The notes below the pieces were generated by a model. The model had not been told where the DNA came from. It did no database searches and was given only the letters and a program-made list of their open reading frames with translations. The translations under genes were made by a program, and so were the position numbers. DNA of 64,000 nucleotides from assembly GCA_030141605.1 (NCBI GenBank), contig JAQGDQ010000956.1, positions 12,579 through 76,578 of the forward strand, written 5' to 3'. This document shows, in pieces, positions 15,700 to 27,639 of the stretch. How positions within the stretch are numbered: the first letter of the stretch is position 1; the number at the start of each line of letters is the position of its first letter. The DNA comes from Tubiluchus corallicola (lineage: Eukaryota > Animalia > Priapulida).

Positions 15700-15986
15700 G
15701 CTACAATCCTCTGGAATGGACCAGTAACGTCTCCGTGCGTAAAAAGCGCAAACCTTATACGAAATACCAAACATTGGAACTGGAGAAGGAATTCCTTTTT
15801 AACGCGTACGTATCCAAACAGAAGCGGTGGGAGTTAGCTCGTAGCCTGAACCTAACCGAACGACAGGTTAAAATCTGGTTCCAGAATCGGCGGATGAAGA
15901 GCAAGAAGACGAATCAGAAAGAGGCGGAGAAGCAGCGTCAGCAACAACCTCAGTCACAGCATACCGGACAGGCAGCAAAAGTATAG
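15700..15986 (+). CDS. Abd-B: Terminal coding exon (linker + complete homeodomain + short Q-rich tail) of an Abdominal-B-class posterior Hox gene; 5' exon(s) not in view
   Basis: After acceptor ...ttttctattccAG| the frame reads [94 protein letters not shown]. The W-containing LEWT motif and [14 protein letters not shown] are diagnostic of ecdysozoan Abd-B. The GTG start at 15735 in the ORF track is an artefact. Confidence 0.96.
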
Positions 15987-17405
15987 CAAAAGATTAAACT
16001 GTACAGTAACGTATTACTTGCTCTCTGCTTAATGTGTGAGATTGAGGGTTTTAGACAAGAATGAGTTTGGACTGTAGTGGCGGCTCGTAGCTAAAATTAC
16101 TTGGGATGCTGCTTAAGAAAATTTAAACTGTGTAAAACGAAACAAATATAATTTTAAAATTGTAGTTTTAAATAAGTATTCGAAAGTTTATAAAAAAACT
16201 TGATAAAATTGTAAACAAAAAATACTTTTTGCTTAGTAATGGCATAAATTGTCACAGTTTAAGCTTGATCCATTCACGGTAAGCACGTGACAACTGACAA
16301 TAAACTGTGTGAGTGACAGTGCTTTTTCTACATAGGCCAGACATGAGCGCATGCACACAACAGCCAAACACCGCGTTGCTGGAGCGCACTGTGCTGGGCT
16401 GTGAAGCAAACAGTACTACCCTCGCGTGCTCTGGTTCCATACAAGTATAAAGAAAGAATTAAAGAAAAAAGACTTGTTATATTGAACATTATCAATAATA
16501 TCGAGTGAAAACGAGCAGTTCCACGAGCCGCCACTTGTGTGAAGATAGAAACGTATTTGCGAATGAGGTAAATAATCTGAAACCAAAAAGCCTCCTCGCT
16601 TCGCTGTTATGTTTGCAGAACCTATCGAAATCCACGCGCGTTTTGATATTAGAAAATCACACATAAACATACATTTAGGCTAGTTTTATTAGTTAATTTC
16701 GAAATAGATGCATAAACTTAGACTAGGCCAAAAGATTCATAGCTAAGCGCGTTTTTTAATCTCACGTAATCAACAGCATCTAAATTCTGCAGCTCAATCT
16801 TCAGCGACTGTTGAATTTACACAACAGTTTTGTGTTTAAAAAATTTAATACATTAGAACTATATTATCTACGTCTTGTAAAACACTGTAGACGATAATAC
16901 GATTTAAATCGTTCAAGAAATCAATAAATTCGATTATTATTGTAAATCTGCAAGGCCTCGTACCGTCTAGGTCTCCATTTATATCGTTTATTGATGCAAA
17001 TTTGACCTAATAATTGTTGTTTAGTATGATAAGCAATTAGTTACAGAAATTCTTGTTGTTAGATGTAAATAAGTTTAATTTCTGCAGTGTCACTAGATTT
17101 CGATCAGGCAGTGAATTTGCAATTCACTTTTTTAAGATATTCCACATTAAACAGAAATTTTCATTGAAAACTTGAATAATGCGCGTTGGTTCTGCGAGAG
17201 ATAATTGTCTTTTGGCTCCCAGTTGTAAATATTGCTATAACAGTATATGTCAATTTTTGTATAATTTAAATGAGTAAAGTAATAATGTGATAGGTAGAAT
17301 ATAGGAAATGGCAGCCAAGCTGTACGTATATACTACTGTACAAATACACAACTTATACTATGCATTCGCCTATTTTAAAAAACAGAAATATCATTACCCA
17401 ATAAA
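15987..17405 (+). other. Probable Abd-B 3' UTR region (end uncertain)
   Basis: Follows the stop codon; AATAAA at 16299, 16923 and 17400; TGTAAATA (Pumilio-type) at 17064 and 17224. Confidence 0.45.
16076..16535. mobile_element. MITE with 13-bp perfect TIRs (hAT-like termini), about 90 bp after the Abd-B stop
   Basis: agtggcggctcgt (16076-16088) ... acgagccgccact (16523-16535); no clear TSD. Confidence 0.7.
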
Positions 17406-18271
17406 TCACGGAATAATGCGATTTAAATAGTTTTAATGGGTATAATTATACCTCGAAGTCTGAGTATAAGTACTTGAAGGAATATGATTTATTTTTGCCT
17501 GTGGCATGAAAAATTCACTTGATATGCATTGCATTTTTTGAGAGAGCAAGTATATTCTGTTATGATAATGCAGTAAAAATTATTTATTTATAAACTTAAT
17601 CTCAAGATTTGTAGTTATGACGAAATATTTCCACAAGTTTTGAATAGAATTTTGAAACTAAATGTAAAAAGTAAATAAGCTAGGACACACCGTAGCTTTG
17701 AGCAAGATTCCTGGTTCGAACCCAGGCTGTGCCCTGGTGTTTTTGTACTTTTTATCTTTGAGGTAAATTTGGTTTGTAAATTCGACAATTGTGGGTTTAT
17801 TCAGTCACTGCAGAAAAACCCGTCAGAAAGGGTTTTATTTGCGAAAAACATTCCTTTGTTTTCTCTAAAAAAATTATCTTGAAGAAGACCCTTTACGATG
17901 TTGCGTTTTTTCAATAAACCCTATTTTCAATAGGCACACTAGGAAAACCCTTTTTAAATCATTTAAAAACCCTTTCTTTCAATAATGTATGTGAGTTAAA
18001 AAAACTATAATTGTTGGATCGTTAGTGTTTAACGAAAAACAGTATTGCACGCAGACTGTAAAATCGGTTTAAATTGAAATTAAACATAATAATCGATAAA
18101 TATCACCATGAAAATTGCGACTTTCAGTGTGAACACTATATCCCCAAGCCAGCAAACACTGTTGCTCCGAAAATAAAGCAAAAATATGAGGCAAGAATTA
18201 AGGTACTAAATTCTGTTTTTTTTTGCTTGCATTACTATTATTTGACTGCACAACTGGTTTTAGCTTACTAG

Positions 18272-18497
18272 TAAGACTTTTCACAGTTTCATTGCGCGCA
18301 TGCGCAGTTGCTGTAGCTGAAAGGTTAAGTGTATCACAGCAGCGTGTCTTAATTACAACCGTCACGTGACGTGTGGTAAAGCAAAGCCGTCTAACGCATC
18401 ATTTGTGTTCCTTAACATTTGTGTACATAAATGCGTTGTCTGGTACACTTAACCTTTGACCGATCATCATCAATCGCTGGAACTGTGAAAAGGCTTA
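18272..18497. mobile_element. Small palindromic MITE
   Basis: taagacttttcacagtt / aactgtgaaaaggctta TIR plus inner IR aaaggttaagtgtatca / tggtacacttaaccttt; related right half at ~24780-24853. Confidence 0.65.
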
Positions 18498-19593
18498 TTT
18501 TTCACAAATGTATAATTGTTATTATTATAATCACTGATTCTGCTTAACAATTTTAAAAACCATGTACACACTGAATAATAAAGTCTGTCTGGTTGGATTT
18601 TTGGACATAACAAGATGACAGTTATAAAATCGGCGCGATTTCTATAGACCCTTCACTGACGCCATATTGAATCACGTGATTTGTTAATATTTGTGAAGTT
18701 ACCTCATAAGCATTATACTTAAGTGTTACTATATATTACGTGTGCGTGTGTATATACAGATGATATTGTCGAGTAATTAACGTACCATAGGAAGTAAAAT
18801 AGTTGTCAGGTATAGATGTTATTGCTAGGTAATTTTCGACTTTATTATAATATGATTTTCATGTATATCTTCGCTCAATTGCAGCCAGTTTCGTGTGATT
18901 TTGCTTTAAACACTGTAATTAGCGTTTTAATTCGATCGTACGACTTTCTTATGTTTTTTGTGTTATTTATGTTTAGTGAAATTTGTAGCCGTCTCCTGAG
19001 AATTTACTGTCGTCAGTTATTTACTAGTTTATGTTGACGTTTGTGCAGTGGGGAATGATAAAATTCGTAAAAGAAACGCTCCGTGAATTCCTAGTACTAA
19101 GAAACGTACGAGGCGTGCGCAAAATTTTTACCAATTCGATTTAATATCGGTGATCCTTTTCCGGTTCTTTATTATTACTATTTTCTCAATTTTTACTTTT
19201 ATGTCACAATTCCGGTGAAGAGAACACATAGTTTATGTTGCCTGTGTATTAATATTTTTTTTTATCAAAAAACGATACTAATGTCTAACTAAGTATAGAT
19301 TTTTATTGCACTATATCTGACTCGTGTTTAAACTCTGTCAAAGTTTCCTATGCAATAAAAAAAACGAAATTTAGAGGTTCTCTAGTTTCGCCTCTCTACC
19401 TGTTACCTCATAACTGTTCATCGACGGTTACACCGAGGTCTTCTGTGAAGTTAGATTTGTAAAGCTTTTAGATTTTTAGCAAACCCATTTGTGATATTTT
19501 AACAATGTTTTAAAACTGCTTTAAAACAGACAATAATTTACGTACGTATAATTTTCGTGTTTAGTTAAAAATTGGAGTATGCGCTTACCATTA

Positions 19594-19800
19594 ATATTCA
19601 ATGACGTTTCTTTATTCTTGAAAATTTAAGCATTTTTTGGGTCTATACTTTAGCATAAATTGAAATTAATAGTTAGTTTGTACCTAACCAAATTATATTC
19701 AATGACATGTTTCTTTATTCTTGAAAATTTAAGCATTTCTGGGTCTATACTTTAGCATAAATTGAAATTAATAGTTAGTTTGTACCTAACCAAATTATAT
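19594..19800. repeat. ~101-bp tandem duplication
   Basis: atattcaatgac...tacctaaccaaattatat occurs twice. Confidence 0.85.
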
Positions 19801-20119
19801 TTAAATTGTAATTAGCATTTAATTACAAATTCTGATTCGATTCGGTTACACAAATGTTCAATATGCTTTGTAAATTTTATCGATTTGTTTAATTGCCAGA
19901 ATGAAATCCTGCATTTAACTGAAATTTAATTAATTAGCATTAAATTAATTAAGATTTGTTTATTCATGATTGGCTTATGCTAAATAATCACATTGACGTG
20001 GTTATAGCTTATAAAATGCAGGCAGCTGTAACCGTAAGCATTTCTTAACTAAGCAAAGTTATTACAAAAGTTCTTTCTGCCTGCACACACATTATTTTTT
20101 GCTTTTCGTGTTGTTTGTT

Positions 20120-20172
<53 letters not shown>

Positions 20173-20512
20173 GTCACGTGATCTGTGAAACAATGTTACT
20201 ACAAGTAGAGTTCATTTCTTAATGTAAATTGATGTATTCAAAGGTGACCTACGTTTTTTTGATGAAAATAATGAATTGCGTATGTAACTATGTACAGTAC
20301 CACATGCGACATTTGTGCGTGCGTATACGCTTATGCGTACGCATGTAATTAATTATAGGCGTGCATAATGATGTACGCAGTTTTGCTAGTCATTTTATGC
20401 TTTATAGTTTTAAACATCTGGAATATTATACCTGGATAAATAAAGTAAAATACATTGTGAGATGTAATGACTAATCTTCGCGTTGTACCGAGTTTTGATT
20501 GTTAATTTCGGT

Positions 20513-20553
<41 letters not shown>

Positions 20554-21168
20554 CTGACGAGGCTACAGCTTCGATGACAGCACCATTTTCTGTCATCTAT
20601 GCATCAAAAGAAAGGTCCGGACCCACAGATTTGGCATTGGGGGTTTATTTTTCGAATCAGGCCCACCGAGAGGAACTGGAGGCGAAAAACATCCAAAAAT
20701 GGCCTTTTTTCGGCCATTTCTTGCAATACTTATACCTCTTATTTCTAGAGAACGGGAACGTGCCGAGGGGGGGGAGTGCTGGCAATGGTTGACTAGCCCA
20801 TTTAACGGTGGGTGTAATAGTCATATTTAGATTTCACGAGAGGGCCGGCAATGCCCACTACGGGCATTTTCACAGACCCAACTCCCAATTTTTTCGAAAT
20901 TTTGACCAAACGCTCTGTAGAAAAAACGTTCTAGCAGCGTTTAGTGGGACTCTTGGAAGGAGATATATAGCTCTTTAGAAAGAGGAAAAACAGGGCTACA
21001 CGATATATATTTTTCCAATTATTTTTGATACTGCTTTTAATAGATAAAACTTATTTTCAACTTTGAGCCATAAGAGACCAAAATTCTGCATAATTAACAT
21101 AAAATAATGAAAGAGAGAGGTGTCATAGTGCCAGCGTAAGTACAAAGACAAGGAAGTAATTTGTACAT

Positions 21169-21635
21169 AGGGGCGTATCAAGAATTCACGACGCTCTAGG
21201 CTGATAGTTCTGTCCCTCCCATCTCTATTGTGGATTCACGGTTGCTTATGTAATGGGCAAATAAAACAATTATTTGTAGTGTATTAAATACACTATTAAC
21301 ATAGTTTCTACACATGTATTATCATTAATTACATTAATGTCATTACTATCATTATCATTACTAGTTATTATCGTTAATCACGTGTATTTGTATAGCTCTT
21401 ATATCCAGGCAGGCTGCACAGCTGCTTGTTGTGTAAAGCCTTGCACCTATTCGTCATGTGGTAAGGTCTAATGTAAAGTCTCTTCTTAGTAACTGCTCGT
21501 GGTTTGTTATATAATATAAATACCAGAGTATACACATTTTACGAGGAGAATAAGATTTTTTTCTAAAATGTGACGCTCTCAAACTTTGGCACCTTAGGCT
21601 ATAACCTAGTTTGTCTATTGGCTACTACGACCCTG
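21169..21635. mobile_element. hAT-like MITE
   Basis: aggggcgta ... tacgaccctg termini; GTACAT on both flanks (ttgtacat / aggtacat, degenerate 8-bp TSD). Confidence 0.55.
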
Positions 21636-21649
21636 AGGTACATAATAAG

Positions 21650-21792
21650 AAGCACAGAGTTTATGAAAACTTAAATGGATAAAACTAATAAATGAATTGC
21701 TGCTTCACTTTCATTTTGTCCAGACAATAGTTTTCTCCTATCTCAAAGCAGACTTTGGCCATAATTTTACATATCTCAGGGTTTCCCTTTAA
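21650..21792 (-). mobile_element. Terminus of a second TTAA-flanked (Kolobok-like) family K2
   Basis: Minus strand TTAA|AGGGAAACCCTGAGATATGTAAAATT... aligns with 44804-44955 (+). Confidence 0.6.
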
Positions 21793-22285
21793 ATGCGCAA
21801 ACTTACCGAAACCATTCCAGTTATTAAACTTGGCTTCGTGTTGAACTACAGATTCTATCAAATTAGTACCTTCTTGTCAGTATCATTAAAATGTAACAAA
21901 ATGTACGTCTCATGCTAGATAGCATCACAATTACATAACTGACATAATCGTTCATTAGCCGGGATACTTCCATAACGTCCTGTTTCAATTCTAAGTGAGG
22001 CAGTGCCAAACCAAAGTGACGTAAGTGACCTACGAAATTTTAAACGAACACGCTGTTGTTGGCCCTAGAAATGTACCGAAGTTTTGATCACGATATTACA
22101 AGAAGAAAATAACAGAATCGATTGAGAATTTCCACTTTGAACCTACAGCCGTTTTTTATAAATATCAAAAATCTCGAGTCATTGCTTGAAAGTTTTCCAA
22201 AGATATAGAAGTTGTAAAGCAACAAGTCATAGAAAAATTGAAAGATAGAAGAATTTTACACTTCCACACACAATTTAAATACCCG

Positions 22286-22722
22286 AACCCTAACTCTAAC
22301 CTTAACCCCAACCCTAACTCTAACCTTAACCCCAACCCTAACTCTAACCCAACCCTAACCGTAACCCTAACCTAAACCCCAACCCTAACTCTAACCTAAA
22401 CCCCAACCCTAACTCTAACCTTAACCCCAACCCTAACTGTAACCCCAACCCCAACCCCAACGCTAATTCTAACCCAACCCTAACCCTAAGTCTAACCCCA
22501 ACCCTAACCCTAACTCTAACCCAACCCTAACCCTAACCCCAACTCTAACTCTAATCCCAACCCCAACCCTAATCCTAACCCAACCTCAACCCTAACTCTA
22601 ACCCTAATCCTAACTCTAATCCCAACCCTAAGTCTAACACTAACCCCATTCCTAACTCTAACCCAACCCAACTCTAACCCTAACTCTAACCCTAACCCTA
22701 ATCCTAACCCTAATCCTAATCC
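22286..22722. repeat. Degenerate (CCCTAA)n telomere-like array
   Basis: Mixed CCCTAA, CTCTAA, CCTTAA and CCCCAA hexamers. Confidence 0.85.
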
Positions 22723-23144
22723 CCTTCTGGACCTAAATTCTTGTATACGAGGAAATGTAAGCTTTAGCCAAAGAAACTGTGGGTCACTATTGTTTTCGTT
22801 TACAGTAAATTTTCTATGTGTCCACCATATTCACTGTAAATTAGACGAAGACGTTTCTCTCAACAGATGATACGGTTTCTCACTACTTTAAGGAGTATCT
22901 GGTCCCAGCACTCAACAAACTGGGCCTTTAGTTCTTCAATGCCAAACAGTTGTGTGCACTTATACATTTCGCTTTAAAGGAATATCAGAAACCGTAATCC
23001 AGAAGATTAAGTCCCATTTTTCTTGACAACGAATCCTTATCAGCGTTTTATTCTCTGTGGTGATAAGCATGATGTAATTGGTTGATTCCTTCATTGTTTT
23101 GCTCCATGTAATGAGAACTTTACATACGTCACTGAATGTGGCTG

Positions 23145-23452
23145 CTTTTCACCAGATGATGGGCTGACATTGTTCCTTTTCACCAGATGATGGGCTGACA
23201 TTGTTCCTCTTCACCAGATGATTGGCTGAAATTGTTCCTTTTCACCAGATGATGGACTGACATTGTTCCTTTTCACCAGATGATGGGCTGACATTGTTCC
23301 TTTTCACCAGATGATGGACTGACATTGTTCCTTTTCACCAGATGATGGACCGACATTGTTCCTTTTTACCAGATGATGGGCTGACATTGTTCCTTTTCAC
23401 CAGGTGATGGACTGACATTGTTCCTTTTCACCAGATGATTCAGCATTGTTCC
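23145..23452. repeat. 31-bp minisatellite, ~10 units
   Basis: cttttcaccagatgatgggctgacattgttc. Confidence 0.9.
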
Positions 23453-24399
23453 GGCATTTAAGTTTTTAACCTACAAAAGCAGGTTAAATATCAGGCTGCC
23501 AAAGGTCAAGTTTGTAGGTCACTGGATTATAATATTATTGCAGTTTAAATTTCGGCACTTTTTTCTGCCCCACTCGATATATTACATGTGATTATTTATA
23601 TATTACATACTGTGATTATTTTATTCTAGCGTGCAGAACTCAATTGCTAAAGTAATACTTCGAGCAAAGAAGAGAAATTATAAGCCCATATAACAGCATT
23701 GTTCAAATATGAGGTGACCACGCTTATCTTTTACTTAGTTTAACATCCATTTTGCAGATCAAATGTTCAATGAAACGCATTTTGTTATAAAATTGGCTTC
23801 ACCGCCTGCATAAACTGGCTTCATGACACAAAGAATCAAAATGTCTTGGGTTATTCTAAAGACGAATTTACTGAATAAAATAAATGGGAACCTCTTTACA
23901 GAGTGGGCGTTGAGTGGTCGAACAATCAAACGGATCGAAAGTGTAATAAAGTAAATGGTTATATGGACGTGGCATTTCACACGATAAAACAAATTTATAA
24001 ACTCTCGCATTCTTTCGCAAGAGTAGCTCAATGCTGTAATTGCACGCGACACGCACTTGCTGTGTGTGCGTGTGTGTGTGTGTGTGTGCGCGCGTTGTGT
24101 GCATGTGCGGGTGTCCGTGTGCGTATTCTATCGCAAAGATAGAGCACAATTCTGTAATTGCACGCGACACACACTTGTTGTGCGTGTGCGTGTGCGTGTG
24201 CGTGCGTGTGCGTGTGCGTGTGTGCATGCGTGCGGCTTCATATAACAGTGGGCTTGTACAAGCCTTTGCTTCTCTAGCGGCACTGCAGTATAATTATTCT
24301 CTTATGATAACGATAGTGTATGAACCATATTAATTTATTACACTAGTATGTACACACGCGTATATATGTAAGATAATACAGACACTTAAAAACATTTAA

Positions 24400-24500
24400 A
24401 CACCACAACTTTATTAAAACTTTTAATTTACATTGTTAAAAAATCATGCCAAACGTTTTAACAGAGCTGCTGCTGTCATCATCAGAGGTAATTTTTTACA
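24400..24500 (-). mobile_element. Penelope-like element terminal-repeat relic with degenerate minimal hammerhead ribozyme
   Basis: Minus strand CTCTGATGA-TGACAG-cagcagct-CTGTTA-AAACG-TTTGGC followed by AATAAA; the GAAA core reads AAAA. Confidence 0.55.
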
Positions 24501-25507
24501 AACATACAACCAGTTTATGTAGGCAGAGTCCAACAGTATAGTACATTATGCACTAATTATGTATTTAACAGAAGCCAAATAGGTAATGATTAAGCAGACC
24601 AGTAGAAAAGCAATTGATACAGTAAATTATGCACTAATTATGTATTTACGAAAAGCCAAATAGGTAATGATTAAGCAGACCAGTAGAAAAGAAATTGATA
24701 CTGTAATTAGTGCTAGCTAGCTGCTAAAACTGTTACTATTACAATAGCACAGGCTGCGAGGCGTTGTCAAGTGTACACAAAAGCGTTGTCTAGTACACAT
24801 AACCTTTGACCTTTTCACGATCATCATCATTCGGTGGAACTACGAAAAGGATAATTGGTTACAATCAGAATAAAGTGCAAAATTTGGCTTCGTAAATTTC
24901 ACAATTTTCACACAAATTGCAAAAGAAGAGAAGGATTGAATTCGGGACATCAACGAAACCACATAAAAACGTCTTGGTCAGCAAACGTGGTGGATTCCCA
25001 TGAAGTGACTGTCTGTACACCGACCACCATCCATTTGTCAATTCGGGTATCAGCGTGGGGTGTGACACTAATTGTTTGCGAATTCGTTCCGACACATGAC
25101 CAGGGGGGTAAGAGGATGCAGTTACTTTTGCTACGATGAACCGACCACTATAATTGTACCATCAAACTCACATAAATTACTCACTGCGTAATGTTCAAAG
25201 CTGCCGAAGCTGTGTAAAACTATCTAGTCCAATATCATTCATACACGGCGTACAGTTTCTTTGATAGGAGAGCTCGGTCTAGCATGCAGGTTTTCACGTT
25301 GCAAAAATTTCATGTGAGAGAATTATGTACAAGGGCAATCACAAATTACGGAAATTTAATCTGATTTAAATTTAGTTCTTGACAGCGTGAGAATTTGAGT
25401 GATTATAAAATGTAAACTTGTGGTCGACTTTGCGGTATAGTTAATGATTCCTCGAGAAAAGTTTCTTGTTAAACTGTATGAATGAGGGTTTTTTACTTTT
25501 CTGTGAG

Positions 25508-25808
25508 CCTACACTACACTGTACAGCTCTGCACTGCACTACACTGCAAAGCCCTACGCTACGCTACACTACACTACTCTACACTACACTACACTACACT
25601 ACACTGCACAACACTGCACTGCACTGCACTGCACTGCACTGCACTACACTACACTACACTACACTACACTACACTACACTACACTACACTACACTACACT
25701 ACACTACACTACACTACACTACACTACACTACATTACACTACACTACACTACACTACACTACACTACACTACACTACACTACACTACACTACACTACACT
25801 ACACTACA
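25508..25808. repeat. (CACTA)n/(CACTG)n pentanucleotide microsatellite
   Basis: Direct reading. Confidence 0.95.
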
Positions 25809-26135
25809 AGTACTGTACCTCACAAGTGTAGCCGAACAGTATAAACATTTTGGACATATTTAACAAACAACGCAACTTTGTATTCCAAACTTTAGCTTAT
25901 ATAATTTCAGTAAAACATGTAAACATTCGACATTTAGCTCTTTCTGTGCCGATGATTAGAATATTATCCACAAATTAGTGAAAATAAACACCCGAGGCTC
26001 GCCAATTAGCATTTTCCAAAAGGTAAATGGCGATGATGAACTGAAATTTCAAAACAAAAAAACAGACAATCAGCACAAAACATTGAAATATAGATATACG
26101 AGGACAGACTGAATAGTTTCACTGCCTTCACAGTA

Positions 26136-26751
26136 TTAAAGAAAAAGAGGATGATTTTTAATATACTATCCCATTTTCAAGAACTGCAAAAAGGATACAT
26201 TTTAACACCAATAATACTGAAAAAGCATTTCTGATAATTAAATAACAGATTAATTAACGGCGGACGAGGCTGCCTATTGATATAACATATATTGATATAT
26301 TAGCATCACAAACTAACATAATTTTCAATAGCAACAATATTGCATGAGCGTGTTGCACGTGTTTGCGAAAGCGAAAATTGAAGTACAGTGCTACAGTAAG
26401 ATATTCAGTGTGTTGTACTAAAACTCGGTAAGTTTACCGCTGTGCTCACGCATGAGTCGTTGAATGTGTGTAGTACGTCAGAAACTAACACAACTGAACT
26501 GGGAGGTACAGTACCTGTTTTCTGTGCAACGTGCTTCCGAGCTGCAGGCGCTAGCGCCCGTCTAACTAGCGAAAGGCAAAATGCATGTAACATCGAAGAA
26601 CTAGTGGCGCTAATGCGAAATTGCGTTTGTGTGATAATAATTCTTCCACGTAAGTCATTCTTAAAAAATTGTACAGTATGTTTCCTTTCAATATTTTAAA
26701 GAGTAGATTGTTTTGACTTACAGTTTAACATTGGGTCCGGTTTTGCTTTAA
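26136..26751 (-). mobile_element. Kolobok-like element K1, full-length
   Basis: TTAA|AGAAAAAGAGGATG ... GGTTTTGCT|TTAA; collinear with the other copies. Confidence 0.85.
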
Positions 26752-27639
26752 GAAACTTTATTGGATACTATCTGGACGCACTATCGATTTTGTACTTACG
26801 AATTTGATATTCAAGGGCTGTTGTATATACATTCTTATGATATGATTCGAAGTACTTTCTTAGGAACTCCAGTAAAGAGGTAACTAGGAAGTTTAATACA
26901 TTTGAGCAAAACAGTGCCGTGCAGGTGTAAAAATGAAAAAAATCTTTTGATTTTGCGGAAAGCATAATTTTCTTTTTTCGATTAGTGATCGTCGACACTG
27001 GCGCATATTGATCGGACGTCTAACACTTTTCGAGAATACTGATATTATATTAGCAAGCAAGCTGGCATAAGGGGTACTGAATCGTTAACCACTTTAATAC
27101 TTCCTTTATCGGCAAGCTTTATGGCCGTTTAACCAATCCGACTTGTCCAACTTGCTGGAGTAAAATCGTAAAAAACTCTGACCCAGGCATCTGCATTCGA
27201 TGCGTGCACGGCTAGCCGGCATTTATTTGTTTGTTAAACGTAAAATATGGATATACGACCAAGCGGGCGGCAACTTCAAAGCCATGCGTAGCCTCCCATT
27301 GAGAGAAACGATTTTTGCGCGGACGATTTTTGCCGAGCAGTTGTCAGGCCAAAAGCGTAGTTATTATTGTGTTTACCGGTCATAAATACTTGAAATTCTA
27401 ATGGTGAGCTCTTATGATATGAGGATCGAACAGTGTGATGATCGTAAAAAGTTCACTCATCATTACAACGCCTCTTCGCCCTCTCTAAATGCGGTTGTCA
27501 TCTCTAAGCGTAGTCAAACGGGAATTAGAAGAAACATTACCGAAGTTTAACTTTAATCGTAGGCATTATTCGTAAGCCAGGAGACCCGACTCTTTCCATT
27601 ACGCACGCATGCGTAGTGGTTTTAGTCAGTTAAAAAGCA

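Noticed and set aside
15860-15872. CAG|GT inside the homeobox as an intron donor
   Set aside because: The sequence continues in frame directly as VKIWFQNRR, so no intron is present here
23145-23452. CRISPR-like appearance of the 31-bp repeats (also the 85- and 138-bp arrays)
   Set aside because: Units are contiguous with no unique spacers, there are no cas genes, and the context is eukaryotic
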